Positions 35,775 through 47,936 of a stretch of DNA of 64,000 nucleotides are shown piece by piece. A model generated the notes under the pieces. The model was given only the letters and a program-made list of their open reading frames with translations, had not been told where the DNA came from and did not search any database. The stretch is taken from the NCBI GenBank assembly GCA_016748015.1, contig JAAOMT010000664.1:194715-258714 (forward strand), read 5' to 3'. How positions within the stretch are numbered: position 1 is the stretch's first letter; the number at the start of each line of letters is the position of its first letter. The position numbers were made by a program, and so were the translations under genes. Origin of the DNA: Geosiphon pyriformis uo1. Lineage: Eukaryota > Fungi > Glomeromycota.

Positions 35775-37969
35775 GTACTATTAAAATGACTATTGGTAAT
35801 AAAATTTTTTTAACTACTCTTAAGATTGCACAATCTTCTAATATGGCCTCTGTTTTTTTTCATCTTTTTTTAGTTATACTTCATGATGTATCTTTGGATA
35901 CTTCTTCTAATGACATTAAAACTGCTTTTGGAATTTTTGGTGTTGTCACTTTAATTAAGTTAAAGTCTGCTAGCTTGTAATAATATACTGTAATTTACTT
36001 TAAAAACATTTTTTTTGCTGCTGCTGCTTTTACTTACTGGTCTGTGCTAGTTAGAAAAGATAGTGTTATGGTTGAAACCCATAATTTTTATTAGTTATCA
36101 CATGTATTAGTTACTGATGTCATATAATTAGCCACTTTATTTTTAGATAGTGATTATTGACCTGATCAATGACCTGACTATTGACCTGATCATTGACCTG
36201 ATTATTGACCTGATCATTGACCTAATTGTTGACCTGATCATTGACCACTTTCAATAGCTATATAAGCAATGAGTCTTTTAGCTGTAGAAAATCATCTCTC
36301 AGACAAGACAATCAAAGAAATAAAATAACAAACTTCCATCTCAAACATTCTCTTATCGCTAATTTCTTTTTTCCTATCTTCAAGTATCTGAACATCTTTT
36401 GAATAAAAGATTACTTGTTGGCACTTTTCTGAAATGTGTAATTGCAGTATTTGAAGATTATTTGAATAAACATGACTGAAGAGCACAAGTTGATATCTGA
36501 TATTGAATTCTAAGAGTGCCGATGTGAAGGCATAGAATTAATACTAGCGGTGATCAATTGTTGACAGTATAGACTATTCCTCTACCTTCAGATTCCCCAG
36601 TTACCTTTGAAAAGAATAGCGACTGAGATATTTTATAAGACTAATCTTGCACATTGAATCCATACTTATTCAATTCACTCATTGAAGTTGAATCCTCTTT
36701 GATTATTTCCATCTCCCTACAATCCTGTTTTCTCTTGCTATCTGTTAGCTTGTTACTCCAACCCGTAACAATAGTGTCAAAATTTTTCTATTGTTAACTA
36801 AAAAGAAGTTATTACTTTAAAAAATGTTTTTTAAAGCTAAATTAATTAATTTTTTTTTTGGTTGTACTGTCTTTAAGATTAGTAATTTGGTCTTTTAAGT
36901 TAATGGCTGCACATATTTCAATTTTTGCTCCCTTAAATTATATTAATGTCAATGCTTTGCTATAGTTACTTTTGATTTCTTGGAATCTTTGAACAATGCT
37001 GTATCAAAAACTAGTATCTTGTATAACTATTATATCTGATAAAAAACTTCTGAATATTACTATTGCTATAGATATTAAGACTTAAATTATTTGGCTGTAA
37101 ACTGCAAGATGTTGTTATCTCTTTTTTTCAAATTCTTTTTCAATTCTGCTAGTGGTCTTAAAATGTTTAAATCATTATTTGTTAGAGCTAAATCTTATAC
37201 CAAAGCTGCTGCCTTTGTAGTTTTTTTTATTGCTGCTGCTGCTAATATGAATTTAACTCTTGGTGCCTCTTCAAAGCTATAACACTTATGTTGTCTGTTG
37301 CTTTTTCTGTTCCAAATACTGCTGTTAAATCTAAGTTGGCTTTTTTGAAATTTTATCTTAGTAAACTATCTCTGTTAATAAAATCTATAGTCAAACTTGT
37401 CAACTTTTTGATTATACTAATTACCAAACTGCTGTTTATTTTACCTACTACAGATGTAACAATAAAAAAAAGTATAATTAAAATGACAAAACAAATCAAA
37501 GCTATTGAAGCTGTGGCTTTCATGTTGCAAAGAAAAATGGTAAACCTGAAAAAAAAGTATAAATAAGTCTGCTTAAAAGATGTATCTAATAATAATAATA
37601 TGGATGATGATAATAATAATAATAATAAAGATTTTTTAATCTGTAATAACATTTTTGATAGTATAATAGAATTATAGAAAGATTAATTCTTTGGTATTAA
37701 ATCTGATTCTAATCAGATTGTTAAGTAGATAAGTAGTCTTGTTAAGAATAGTTATAAGCTTGTTAACATTATGAATAAAATATATGAATTAGATATGTTT
37801 ATACATTAAGTAACATAGATAATATTAGTGTATAGTTAAGGCTTTCTGTTTGTAGTTAGCCATATTTTGTGATTTTTGTATTATTAGGTGAGCTGGCTTT
37901 ATAAAAATGCCACAATTTTGTGAACAAAACTAATAAATAACTAGTATGGCTACACATTAACAAAAAAAA
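35775..37969 (+). mobile_element. ORF1-only poly(A) retroposon, copy 5 (old, 5' part missing), interrupted by a solo LTR
   Basis: Heavily A/T-shifted homolog of the family ORF; 3' UTR ends GGCTACACATTAAC plus A8 at 37962-37969. Confidence 0.82.
36064..36770 (+). repeat. Family A solo LTR with 4-bp TSD ATAG
   Basis: TGTTA...TAACA flanked by ATAG at 36060-36063 and 36771-36774; the retroposon ORF resumes on the far side. Confidence 0.93.
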
Positions 37970-38382
37970 TCAAAGAAAATTCAACTTCAAAGAGCAAATT
38001 AAATAAAATATGCTTACCAGTTTAAAGACTGATAAATAGTAGTTTTAATTAACAGATTCTTTCTAAAAAATTGATGTTAGTCTGATTAAGTCTTTGATTA
38101 AGGACATTATTATTGTTGAGTCTGTTGTTTTGAGTCTTATTGTTTTTAGGAGCTAAAGAGAGCAAGGAAAAATTGTTGCAATTTCTTGAAAAATGTTTAA
38201 TTAGTTTACAACAATAACATACAAATGGGCCACAATTTTGCTGTTTTTGATAAAGTGATTGCTAAAATTAATTAAAGTGGAGTTCAAATCTGGGTCTTTG
38301 AGATTATTGATTTTCTTTAACTGCTTGGACTAAGAGTTTTATTAACTAAGCAAGATTGGCTGTAAGTCTATCTATTAATTAT

Positions 38383-39293
38383 TGTTACTTATAGAATATA
38401 GAAATTAAATATTAGTACATAAATTAGCCAATCAAAATAGATGTAATAAAAGTGAAATTTTAGGATTCTTCTCAGAAGAATTGCAGGATTCTAGAATTAC
38501 AGAATTTCTATATAAGGAATTACAGGATTCCTGGAATTCCAGGATTTTTGGCTAAAGAATTAAAGAATTTAAAGAATCTTATACAATAAAATTTATGTAC
38601 ATATAGTAGTAGTATTAGAAGCTAGAAAATTAGTCAAGAAAACTCAGAGTTAATTAGACTTACAGGTCATAATTATTAAATACTTCTCTCTTCAAAGATA
38701 ATTGCTATCAACTAAAATGAAATTATATCAATAAAATATCTCTTCAATTCTTCAAATCCATGTTATTGTTATTTTTTTGAGAATCTACTCACTCTTCTAT
38801 TTATCAACACTTTATGTTGATAAAATCTAACACTTAATCACACTAAAACAATAGCTTTTGATTATGACTATTAACAAGATACTAACATTTATTGCCTTAG
38901 CTTATTTCTTTATTTTCTTTTATTTTCTTTTGTTATTTCTTTTTGTTGTTTACTAATTGAAGTTAAAGAGTAAAGCACTGAGTTATTGATGTCAAAGATA
39001 GCCTAGTAAAAGACTCCAAAGGAAGGGTATAAAGTTTGATAAATTAAAGATTGTTTACTAGAAGAGCATCTCAGCCAGATTACCAGCCACCATGCTAAGA
39101 AAAAAATTTGATGGAATTGCAATTCTGGAAGGCTACTAAAACACTATTGAATCTCTGTCCATTATACAAAGAACTCCAATTCAAGATCTTCAAATACAAA
39201 CAATCTTCAGATATTATTAACCATTTCAAGCTATTGAGCACCAAGTTACAGGTTTGTTATTTGCTTTGAGACCCCAAATAATTATCTGTAACA
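38383..39293 (+). repeat. Solo LTR related to family C
   Basis: TGTTAC...TGTAACA; TSD TTAT/TTGT (38379-38382, 39294-39297); the 3' half is homologous to 19728-20240 while U3 differs. Confidence 0.82.
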
Positions 39294-40243
39294 TTGTTTA
39301 TTGAAATCTTAGGTTTGAGCAGTAAAAAAGATAGCAGCCATTTAGGAAGCAAAAACCAAAATAGAAGCAGAAGCTAAAACTAAAAGTGCAAATTCCAAGT
39401 GTATTCTTTGATTGTTTTTAATTTTTTGTGCAAGCTCAATAGTCATATTTATTGTGAAATTATTTTTCAAAGCCAAAAAAAACCAAAAAATATATAAAAA
39501 ATTAGTTTTCAATCTTTTTGTAAAAAAGTAAATTTTTTGCTTCTCTGTTCAGTTTTTTTCAAAATCTACTTGTTTAATTAATTTTTTGATTGTTTTGACA
39601 TATTCAATTACAACTTTACCAGAATTTTGGGGGTTTTTTTTTAGTTCTATATACTACTTGAATATTAAAATTGGGGTTTTAAATTTGGTTTTAAATCAGA
39701 TAGTAAAAGAAGTATTTATTTTTTTAATATTGGTTAGTATCTATTTAATAATTTTTTAAAGAGCACCAGCATCAGTTTTTTGTAAAAACCAGATAGTAAA
39801 AAAGCCTTGAAGATAGCCACCAACAATTTGAAACTTCTATTTATTATTATATTGATTGGTTATAACAGCTATTTTAAAATTATTTAACCATTTAATTGGA
39901 TCTTGTGCATTATTTCTGAATAATAGTAATGAAGTGTTGTTTTTTTACTCTAAAACAGTTTGTATATTTTGGGAAACAGCCAGAATGTTTGCTTGCATGG
40001 AATCAACAGTCATTGGTTCAGAAGTAACTGTTTGAGTAGAAGAATTTAATTTACTTAAGAAGAAATAAAAAATAGAAGCATTTTAATAACTTTTTTTTTC
40101 TGTTTTAAAGAAAGTTTCAGTTAATTGATAGATAACAATTCAAATGTAAACTTGGTGATTCAAATATTCAAAATTAAGAGGTTGTTGTTTAAAAGTTGTT
40201 GAATATAAGAGCTAATTAATATTGTTGTTTTTTTCTTTAAAAG

Positions 40244-41874
40244 TTTTTTTTTTTTTTTTTTTACATTTTACGAATGAGATCCAAACACTACTTAAAGCTA
40301 CACATCAAAGAAATGATCTATACTAGACATGAATCATGTATTGTCTACACATGACCAGCTACTCGGGCCAATCAGAACAACACTACTCAGATATACGAAC
40401 TGAAACTAAACTGCCTACACCAGAAAAAAACAAACATGGTTTACGAAAACCGAAACAAATGTCCACAGCCTCAGTGATATCAAGCAGCTTGACAACACCA
40501 GCAAAAAACCCCGAAACCAGACCAGAGACTGAAACAGGTGTTGAACTATCCAATGGAATCAACTTGGCCTTTTTCATGTAAGCATAATGCTTAGCACAAA
40601 CTATCCAAACACCATCCCTAAAGGCAAGACCAAGAGAGCACACAAACTTAACCACCTCCAATTCTGTAATTTTGGGGTCACGGAACACAGAAACAGCCTC
40701 GTGAAACCAATCATTAAACACAAAACCCTTGCATAGAGCCACAAACACAGGGAAATCAGAAGCACAAGATGACAAAAGCTGCATTACAACCGATGAGAAG
40801 AGTGACAAACCAGTAAGAGCCTTCCAAAAAGCCACGTGAGAATCCAATATCTGACTACGAGCAGAATCGTCAATTTTACAAAAAAACACATGGTCCGAAG
40901 ACTCCACATCACCACAATATAAACACAGCACACTAGGGTAATATTTATTATAAAGACGCTTCCTTACAGCAACAGGTAACCAGTAATGCAGAGCCTTCAT
41001 GAAATAGGTATGAGCATTAGCTAAGGGCCTGCTAGTGAAGCTGGTGGCCATGTGCGAGTCAGGATGCCAGACTATAGAAGAGCAAAACCAGTCAACATTA
41101 AAAAGCAAATCATCCTTCAAAAACCTAGCACTAGAACCAACTTCCCAGCGTGCGCGACAAATTGATTGGTAGATATCACGAACAAAGTGTCTCAAATTGC
41201 CTGAAACCACACCACCATCAGCCACCAGAAAATGTTCATCCAAGCGAGAACGCAGACGCCAACTGGAAAGAGAGACAATGCCAGCAATTTTATCAGCACG
41301 CTCATTACTAGAAACGCCAGAGTGACCTTTGACCTTGTGCCAACTAACTCTCAAATTTTTACTACGAATAATATTAGCAATATGCTGACGTTCAACCCAA
41401 CACTGATTGTGAAAGTCAGAACACACAAGATCTATTTCTGACTTACAAGCACTCAAAGCAGACTGACTATCAGAAAACATGCGAACGGAACAGGACAAAG
41501 GGACACACTCCATGGCCAATGCAATAGTCTGCAATTCTGCAAGGATGAATGACATCAAGCCTGATACACCAACCCCCAAACCCAAATCAATGTCCTCGAA
41601 AAAAGCAGTAGCACCAGCTCTACAGCCAGCAGTACCCAAACTTCTCAAAGATCCATCCGTGTAAACAGACAAGCTACCAGAAATGACTTGAGAAAGATGA
41701 CCACAAACAGAAGCATAATCAGCAGAACCAAAAATATCTTGATAAACAGCACCATCTGAGACAAACTGATCATTAGAAAGGAGAGAAGCATCATTGAGAA
41801 ACGCAGTAGCAAGCTTGAATCATTCCGGAACAGGACCATGGGGGTCCAGCCTCTTCCACCACTTGAAGGTATAC
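40244..41874 (-). mobile_element. 5'-truncated, relatively young LINE (ORF2 C-terminus, 3' UTR, poly(A)) with ~12-bp TSD
   Basis: T-run at 40244-40262; TSD TAAAAGTTTTTT at 40238-40249 and 41875-41886; higher GC and retained CpGs. Confidence 0.9.
40383..41872 (-). pseudogene. LINE ORF2 C-terminal fragment: RNase H and CCHC zinc finger
   Basis: VYTDGS, AELQ, FSDSQ, VKGHSG..NERAD (RNase HI catalytic motifs); CLYCGDVESSDHVFFC; 429 open codons. Confidence 0.9.
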
Positions 41875-42573
41875 TAAAAGTTTTTTCAAAATAAGCTTGA
41901 TTAAAGAAATAGATTATGTAAGCAGTATAGATTTTAGCTGAATGTTCATTCAAAAACCAGTTTCAAAAATTTTGGAATTGTTTACTGGATTGTTTTTTAA
42001 CAAAAAAACAGATTAAACAGAAGAGTAGAGAATTGAGTTCAATAAAATCTAAGTTATTTCTGTTGTATGTTGTAAAGTGTTTTTCTAATTATTGTGGCAA
42101 ATATAAATGATCACTTATATAATAAAAAACAAAGTGGATTTTAACAACTTTACAGAAACTATTACTTTTATGTTATGGATTGGAGTAACAAGCTAACAGA
42201 TAGCAAAAAAAAACAAAATTGTAGAATAATAAAATTAATTAAAGAGAATTCAACTTTAAGAAATGAATTAAATAAGTATGAATTTAATGTATAAGATTAG
42301 TTTCATAAAATATTTTAATTGCTATTTTTTTCAAAGAATAACTAAGAAATTTGAAGATAAAGAGATAATTCATACTGTTAACAAATAATAACATACTGAT
42401 ATAATTCTATGTTTTATGTTGACATTCTTAGAATTCAATATTAGGTATTAAATATACTCTTTAATTATGTTTTATTCAATAATCTTTAAATACTACAATT
42501 ATATGAATTAGAAAAAAAGTAAATAAATACCAACAAGTAATTTTTTATCTTAAGATGTTTGGATACTTGAAGA

Positions 42574-42978
42574 NNNNNNNNNNNNNNNNNNNNNNNNNNN
42601 NNNNNNNNNNNNNNNNNNNNNNNNNNNNNNNNNNNNNNNNNNNNNNNNNNNNNNNNNNNNNNNNNNNNNNNNNNNNNNNNNNNNNNNNNNNNNNNNNNNN
42701 NNNNNNNNNNNNNNNNNNNNNNNNNNNNNNNNNNNNNNNNNNNNNNNNNNNNNNNNNNNNNNNNNNNNNNNNNNNNNNNNNNNNNNNNNNNNNNNNNNNN
42801 NNNNNNNNNNNNNNNNNNNNNNNNNNNNNNNNNNNNNNNNNNNNNNNNNNNNNNNNNNNNNNNNNNNNNNNNNNNNNNNNNNNNNNNNNNNNNNNNNNNN
42901 NNNNNNNNNNNNNNNNNNNNNNNNNNNNNNNNNNNNNNNNNNNNNNNNNNNNNNNNNNNNNNNNNNNNNNNNNNNNNN
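42574..42978. other. Assembly gap (N run) between two head-to-head family A LTRs
   Basis: Run of N. Confidence 1.
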
Positions 42979-43588
42979 TATTTTTAGATAGTGATCGTTG
43001 ACCTAATCAATGACCTGACTGTTGACTTGATCATTGACCTGATTATTGACCTGGTCATTGACCACTTTAGATAGCTATATAAGCGATGATTCCCTTAGCT
43101 GTAGAATAACATGATCAAAGTAACGAAATAAAACAATATCAATTACTTCCTTTCATATCACTTATTTCCCTTTCCTTACCTTCAAGTATCTACTTGTTGG
43201 CATTTACATACCTTATCTTTTCCCCTTCTTGATTTGTATTTGTTAGAATTAGTCTGAGAAGCAATTGGCTTGCTCTTGTAATTCATTGAATAAAGAAACA
43301 ATTGAAAAGTACAACAATACCTGTTATTGATTCTAAGAATCACTGAGTTGAGGCATAGAATAATAGTAGCGGTGTTATCTTGTTGACAATCACAGACTAT
43401 TCCTTTATCTTCAAATTTAAGAAAAGATTAGCGACTGTGATTTTTATGAGACTGATCATGCACATTGAATTCCTACTTATTCAATTTGCTCCCTTATTGT
43501 AATTCCCTCTTTGTTTATTTTCATCACCATACAATACTGTTCTTCTTTACTATCTGTTAGCTTGTTACTCCAACCCATAACATAAAAG

Positions 43589-43605
43589 TGGTGCTCTCTG
43601 TGAGG
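43589..43605 (+). promoter_or_regulatory. Primer binding site, family A
   Basis: TGGTGCTCTCTGTGAGG, 6 nt after the LTR end. Confidence 0.85.
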
Positions 43606-43634
43606 TTGTCAAAATTCACTTATTCCCTCATTGT

Positions 43635-45185
43635 ATGGATGATTACTCATATCTGCCACAGCAATCAGAAGAACACTTTGCAGCACACAACAGAAACAAT
43701 CTAAATTTCATTGAACTTAATCTTCTGCTCTCCTGCTTGATCTGTTTCCCCCTTGAAGAACAATCCAGTAGACAATTCCAAGACTTTTGGAACTAGTTTC
43801 TGAACAAGCATTCAGCTGAAACCTACACAGCTTATACAACCTATTACTTTGACCAAGCTTATTTTGAAAACAACTTTGAAGAAAGAAACAACAATATTAA
43901 TCAACTCTTATATTCTGCAATCTTTGAACAACAGCCTCCTGATTTCGAATATCTGAATCATCAAATCCACATTTGGATTGCTGCCCATCAAGCAACTGAA
44001 ACTCCCTTTGAAACAGAAGAAGAAAGTTACCAAACTGCCCCTGTTTTTGACCTTTTATTAAGTGAATCAGACTCGTCTACACAAACAGTTACCCCTGAAC
44101 CAATGGCTAATGACCCCATGCAAGCAAACATTCTGGCTGTTCTCCAAGGTATACAAACTGCTTTAGGAAGAAGAAACAATACTCCACTACTACTATTTAG
44201 AGGTGATGTACAAGATTCAATTAAATGGTTAGATGATTTTGAGAGAGCTGCCACAGCCAACCAGTATAATAAAAAATACAAGTTCCAAATCATTGGTGGC
44301 TACCTTCAAGGCTCTTCTGCTACCTGGTTCTCACAAGAAACAGATGCCAATGCTCAAAACAGAATAATCAGATGGACACCAATCAATGCTGGAGAAGAAA
44401 ATACCTCTTTCACTACCCAATTTGAGGCCAAGTTCAGAACCCCAATATTAATATCCAAATGGCACATGGAATTGGAAAGAAAAACCCAAGGTCTTGGAGA
44501 AGTAGTGACTGAATATGCCAAGACTATTAGAAAGCTAATCAAATGTGTAGACTTTGGGAGAAATTGGACAAAAGAGCAGAAAATTCACTCCTTCACAAAA
44601 GAATTGAGAACTGATTTATCATATGCTCTTTGGCCCCTCCTGGCCCTGAAAGATAACCCCACCATGGATATGGCCATTGAATTAGCACAAAGAATTGAAG
44701 ATAACCAAAGGATGCACTTGGGATCCACACTACTAGTTTTTGCTCCTGCTCCTGTCATGGCTCCTGCCCCTCAAATGGCTGCTACTTCTTTTGCCACTCA
44801 CATTCAAGATCCAAATGAACAGTTAATAGACAGACTCACAGCAAATCTTGCCTGGTTATTAGAACCCTTAGCCCAAGCAGTCAGAGAAAATTAACAACCA
44901 CAAAGACCCAGATTTGAACCACGTTTCAATCAGCCCCAGCAACCATCTTATCAAAGACAACAAAATTGTGGCCCACCTGTATGCTATTGCTGTGGATTAA
45001 CTGGACACTTTTCAAGAGATTGCAACAATCCTCCACTGCCTCCACCAGTTCTCAGAAACAATGATGCTCAGAACAACAGACCCAACAACAACAATGTGCC
45101 CAACCAAAAACCCAATCATGCCAACATCAATTTCTTTGGAGAGGATTCCCTAGTTGAAGCCACTGTTTATCAGCCTTTAAACTGA
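43635..45185 (+). pseudogene. Family A gag
   Basis: ATG 43635 (MDDYSYLPQQ) to TGA 45183-45185 in one frame with two premature stops; capsid-like FRGDVQD..WLDDFERAA; knuckle CYCCGLTGHFSRDC. Confidence 0.85.
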
Positions 45186-45214
45186 TAGGTGCACCTCCAA
45201 AGAGTGAGAGTGCA
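45176..45214 (+). promoter_or_regulatory. Putative -1 programmed ribosomal frameshift signal (slippery heptamer + stem-loop)
   Basis: T TTA AAC in gag phase directly before the gag stop; the -1 frame is open into protease; hairpin TGCAC-CTC...GAG-A-GTGCA begins 7 nt downstream. Confidence 0.75.
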
Positions 45215-47871
45215 AGCCAACCAGAAGAAAACCCTTTTTATGCTTTTAACTTAACTGATGATGATCATGACATAGATAAACTAGCAATCAACCCCTCTGA
45301 ATCCACAAGAAAGAAGAAAAAAGCCAAAGTTGATTTTGTTCTGAACCCCAATAAAGCTTTTATATCAACTGTTGACAACAATGAGCCCCCAAAAGCCAAA
45401 GTTTTCAAAAACCCTCCAAAGTTGGAACTCCCAGAAATAGTACAAAAATCCGGCCCTTATTCTGTTGTCAAAGACCTCATGGAAACCCCAGCACATATAA
45501 CCTTTGGCCAATTGATGACCCATCCACAATTCAGAAAAGATCTTTACAAATCTTTGATTCCAAAGAAAAAGACACCCAAAACCAACAAACACCCTTGCCA
45601 AGCTGGACTTGCTGACAATAGCAATGTCACTCCTCTAATTTGTAAAGCCCAAGTGGCTGGCTACTTCATCAATTTGATCCTAGACAGTGGATTATCTGTT
45701 AGTGTTATTGTCAAATACTTTCTTGAAGCAATTGGCAGAAAAATTGATGAACCATCTATACAACCAATGACCAATATGCATGATGATAAGAAAAAAGAGC
45801 TTGGCATAACCAAAGCTATTCCTGTCTGCATCAATGGCATCAGCATTGAAACTGATATAGAAGTATCTGAAGCAAAAAAATACACCATTATTGTTGGCAA
45901 TAAATGGCTCAAGAAAGCAAAAGCTTTGCTTGATTATGAACTCTATGAACTAACCATCAGATGTGGTAAGAAACCCATTGTGATTAAATGTCGCCATTGG
46001 ACAACTCCCCCAGTACCCAAGCAGAGCCCAGAAGAAAATGAATTAGACAAATCAGATGATGAAAAAAGTGAGGAAGAAAAAAAACAAAAAGAACAAGAAG
46101 AAACTGCTGAACTCGCCTATACCATCTTTACCAGCAATGACAAACCACTGGATAATGTCAAGGCAGATAAAGAAGAAATCATTGTCAATGACAAGCTAAT
46201 CTGCTGGCTTTATTATAACATGCTCAGAAGAACCTTTAACAGAAAGCCAGGCAAGAAAGCCAAATACAGTTATTGGTGGCATGGTCCTTGTGCCCGGTGC
46301 TGGTGCGACAAACCATTGTATTCTCCTAGCAATGAATACATGTCCTGCCTAATCTATTACAAAGATTGGGAACCAATCAGCTTAATACTCCGTGAGGAAA
46401 TAAAAAAAGTCCAAAAGTTCTTTAAAAACGAACCACCTGAAATCCAATCACTGGTTGTAGAACAAAGAGAACCCTCTCCAGAAGAAAGAAAGATAGACAT
46501 TGAAAACCTGCTGGCTAGAAACAGCCCAGTTGTCTCAAAAGAAAATGAACCTCCTGGACATACACATGTGATACAATACACCATTATCACCAGAGAAACT
46601 TGCCCCATCTATTTGAAGCTCTATTAATCCAACTGGCACAATGGTGAGTTTATCAAAAAAAAGAAATAACCCGAATGAAAACCCTTGGATTCATACAGGA
46701 AACCAAAAGTGAATGGGCATTCCCAGTTGTAGTGGTATCCAAGAAAAAAGGAACCCTACGCTTTTGTGTTGACTATCACCAATTAAATGCCATTATTGAA
46801 AGAGACATGTACCCACTTCTTAAGATTGATGCAATGCTAAACCAATTCCATGGTGCTGCTTTTTTCTTAACCATTAACTTAACTGCTGAATTTTGGCAAG
46901 TAGAGATGAATTCAGAAAGCAGAAAGAAAACTGTCTTCATCACCAAGTATGGCACCTACAAATTCACAGTCATGCTTTTTGGTCTCACAAATGCTCCTCC
47001 CACTTTTCAATGCTTAATGGACAAAGTATTTGAATCAGTGAAAGAAAACTTTGTTCTAGTCTACTTGAATGACATAATGATATACTCAAAAACCTGGAAT
47101 GAACATCTTGAACATTTGCAAAAGGTTTTTGACCTCCTTAGAAATGCTGGCCTTAAGATCAATCCAATCAAATCATTCTTTGGACGTCAATCCACTCAGT
47201 TCCTTGGTCATCTTATTACAAAAGATAGAATCTTCCCTGATCCAGCCAAAATTGAAAAAGTTCAAAACATTAGACAACCAATGAATTTTCATGAACTACG
47301 CTCTTTTCTTGGTTTGGCCTCTTATTATCGCAAGTTTGTTAAGAATTTCTCCAAAATTGCCACTCCTCTCAATCAGCTACTTAGGAAAAACATCAATTAT
47401 CATTGGGGCACTCATCAACAAAAAGCATTTGAAATTCTGAAAGAAAAACTGGTTACAGAACCCATCCTCATGCAACCTAATCTGGATCAACCTTTTATCC
47501 TCTATACTGATACATCTGGCTATGGACTTGGTGCTGTTCTTTCCCAGAAAGACGAAGATGGCAGGGAACATGCCGTAGCATATGCCAGTAGAACTCTCAC
47601 ACCAGCAGAAAGGAACTACTCAGTCACAGAGCAAGAATGCTTAGCAGTAGTTTGGGCTACCAGTTACTGGGACAAATATCTTAAAGATGTAAAATTTTTG
47701 GTGGTAACAGATCATCAAGCTTTGGTTTAGCTATGCAACAAAAAAAACCTGGAACATAAACGGATAACTCGCTAAATACTTTACTTGGATGAATTCGACT
47801 ATGACATTCAACACTGCAAAAGAGCTAATCATCAAAACGCCGACGCTCTCTCCAGACTTACCATCCAGTAA
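45176..47871 (+). pseudogene. Family A pro-RT-RNase H
   Basis: PR LILDSG; RT FCVDY, FGLTNAPPTFQ, VYLND; RH TDTSGYGLG, EQECLA, VTDH, ADALSR; ends TAA TAG at 47869-47874. Confidence 0.9.
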
Positions 47872-47936
47872 TAGCAAAACTCTCTCAAACCAAACCCACT
47901 TAATTATTTGTAACTTCCCCACAAACAAACACGATA

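Larger units (their letters stand above)
38012..42573 (-). mobile_element. Gypsy family A copy 4 (old; part of 5' LTR and gag only), interrupted by a solo LTR and a LINE fragment
   Basis: Reverse complement of A3 LTR/PBS/gag: LTR end at 42171, decayed PBS, gag remnants down to the TTTAAAC site at 38020-38026. Confidence 0.8.

Noticed and set aside
42555-43001. 148-aa ORF
   Set aside because: Artefact of reading through the N gap.
43589-43605. tRNA gene
   Set aside because: Only 17 nt complementary to a tRNA 3' end next to an LTR; it is a PBS with no cloverleaf.
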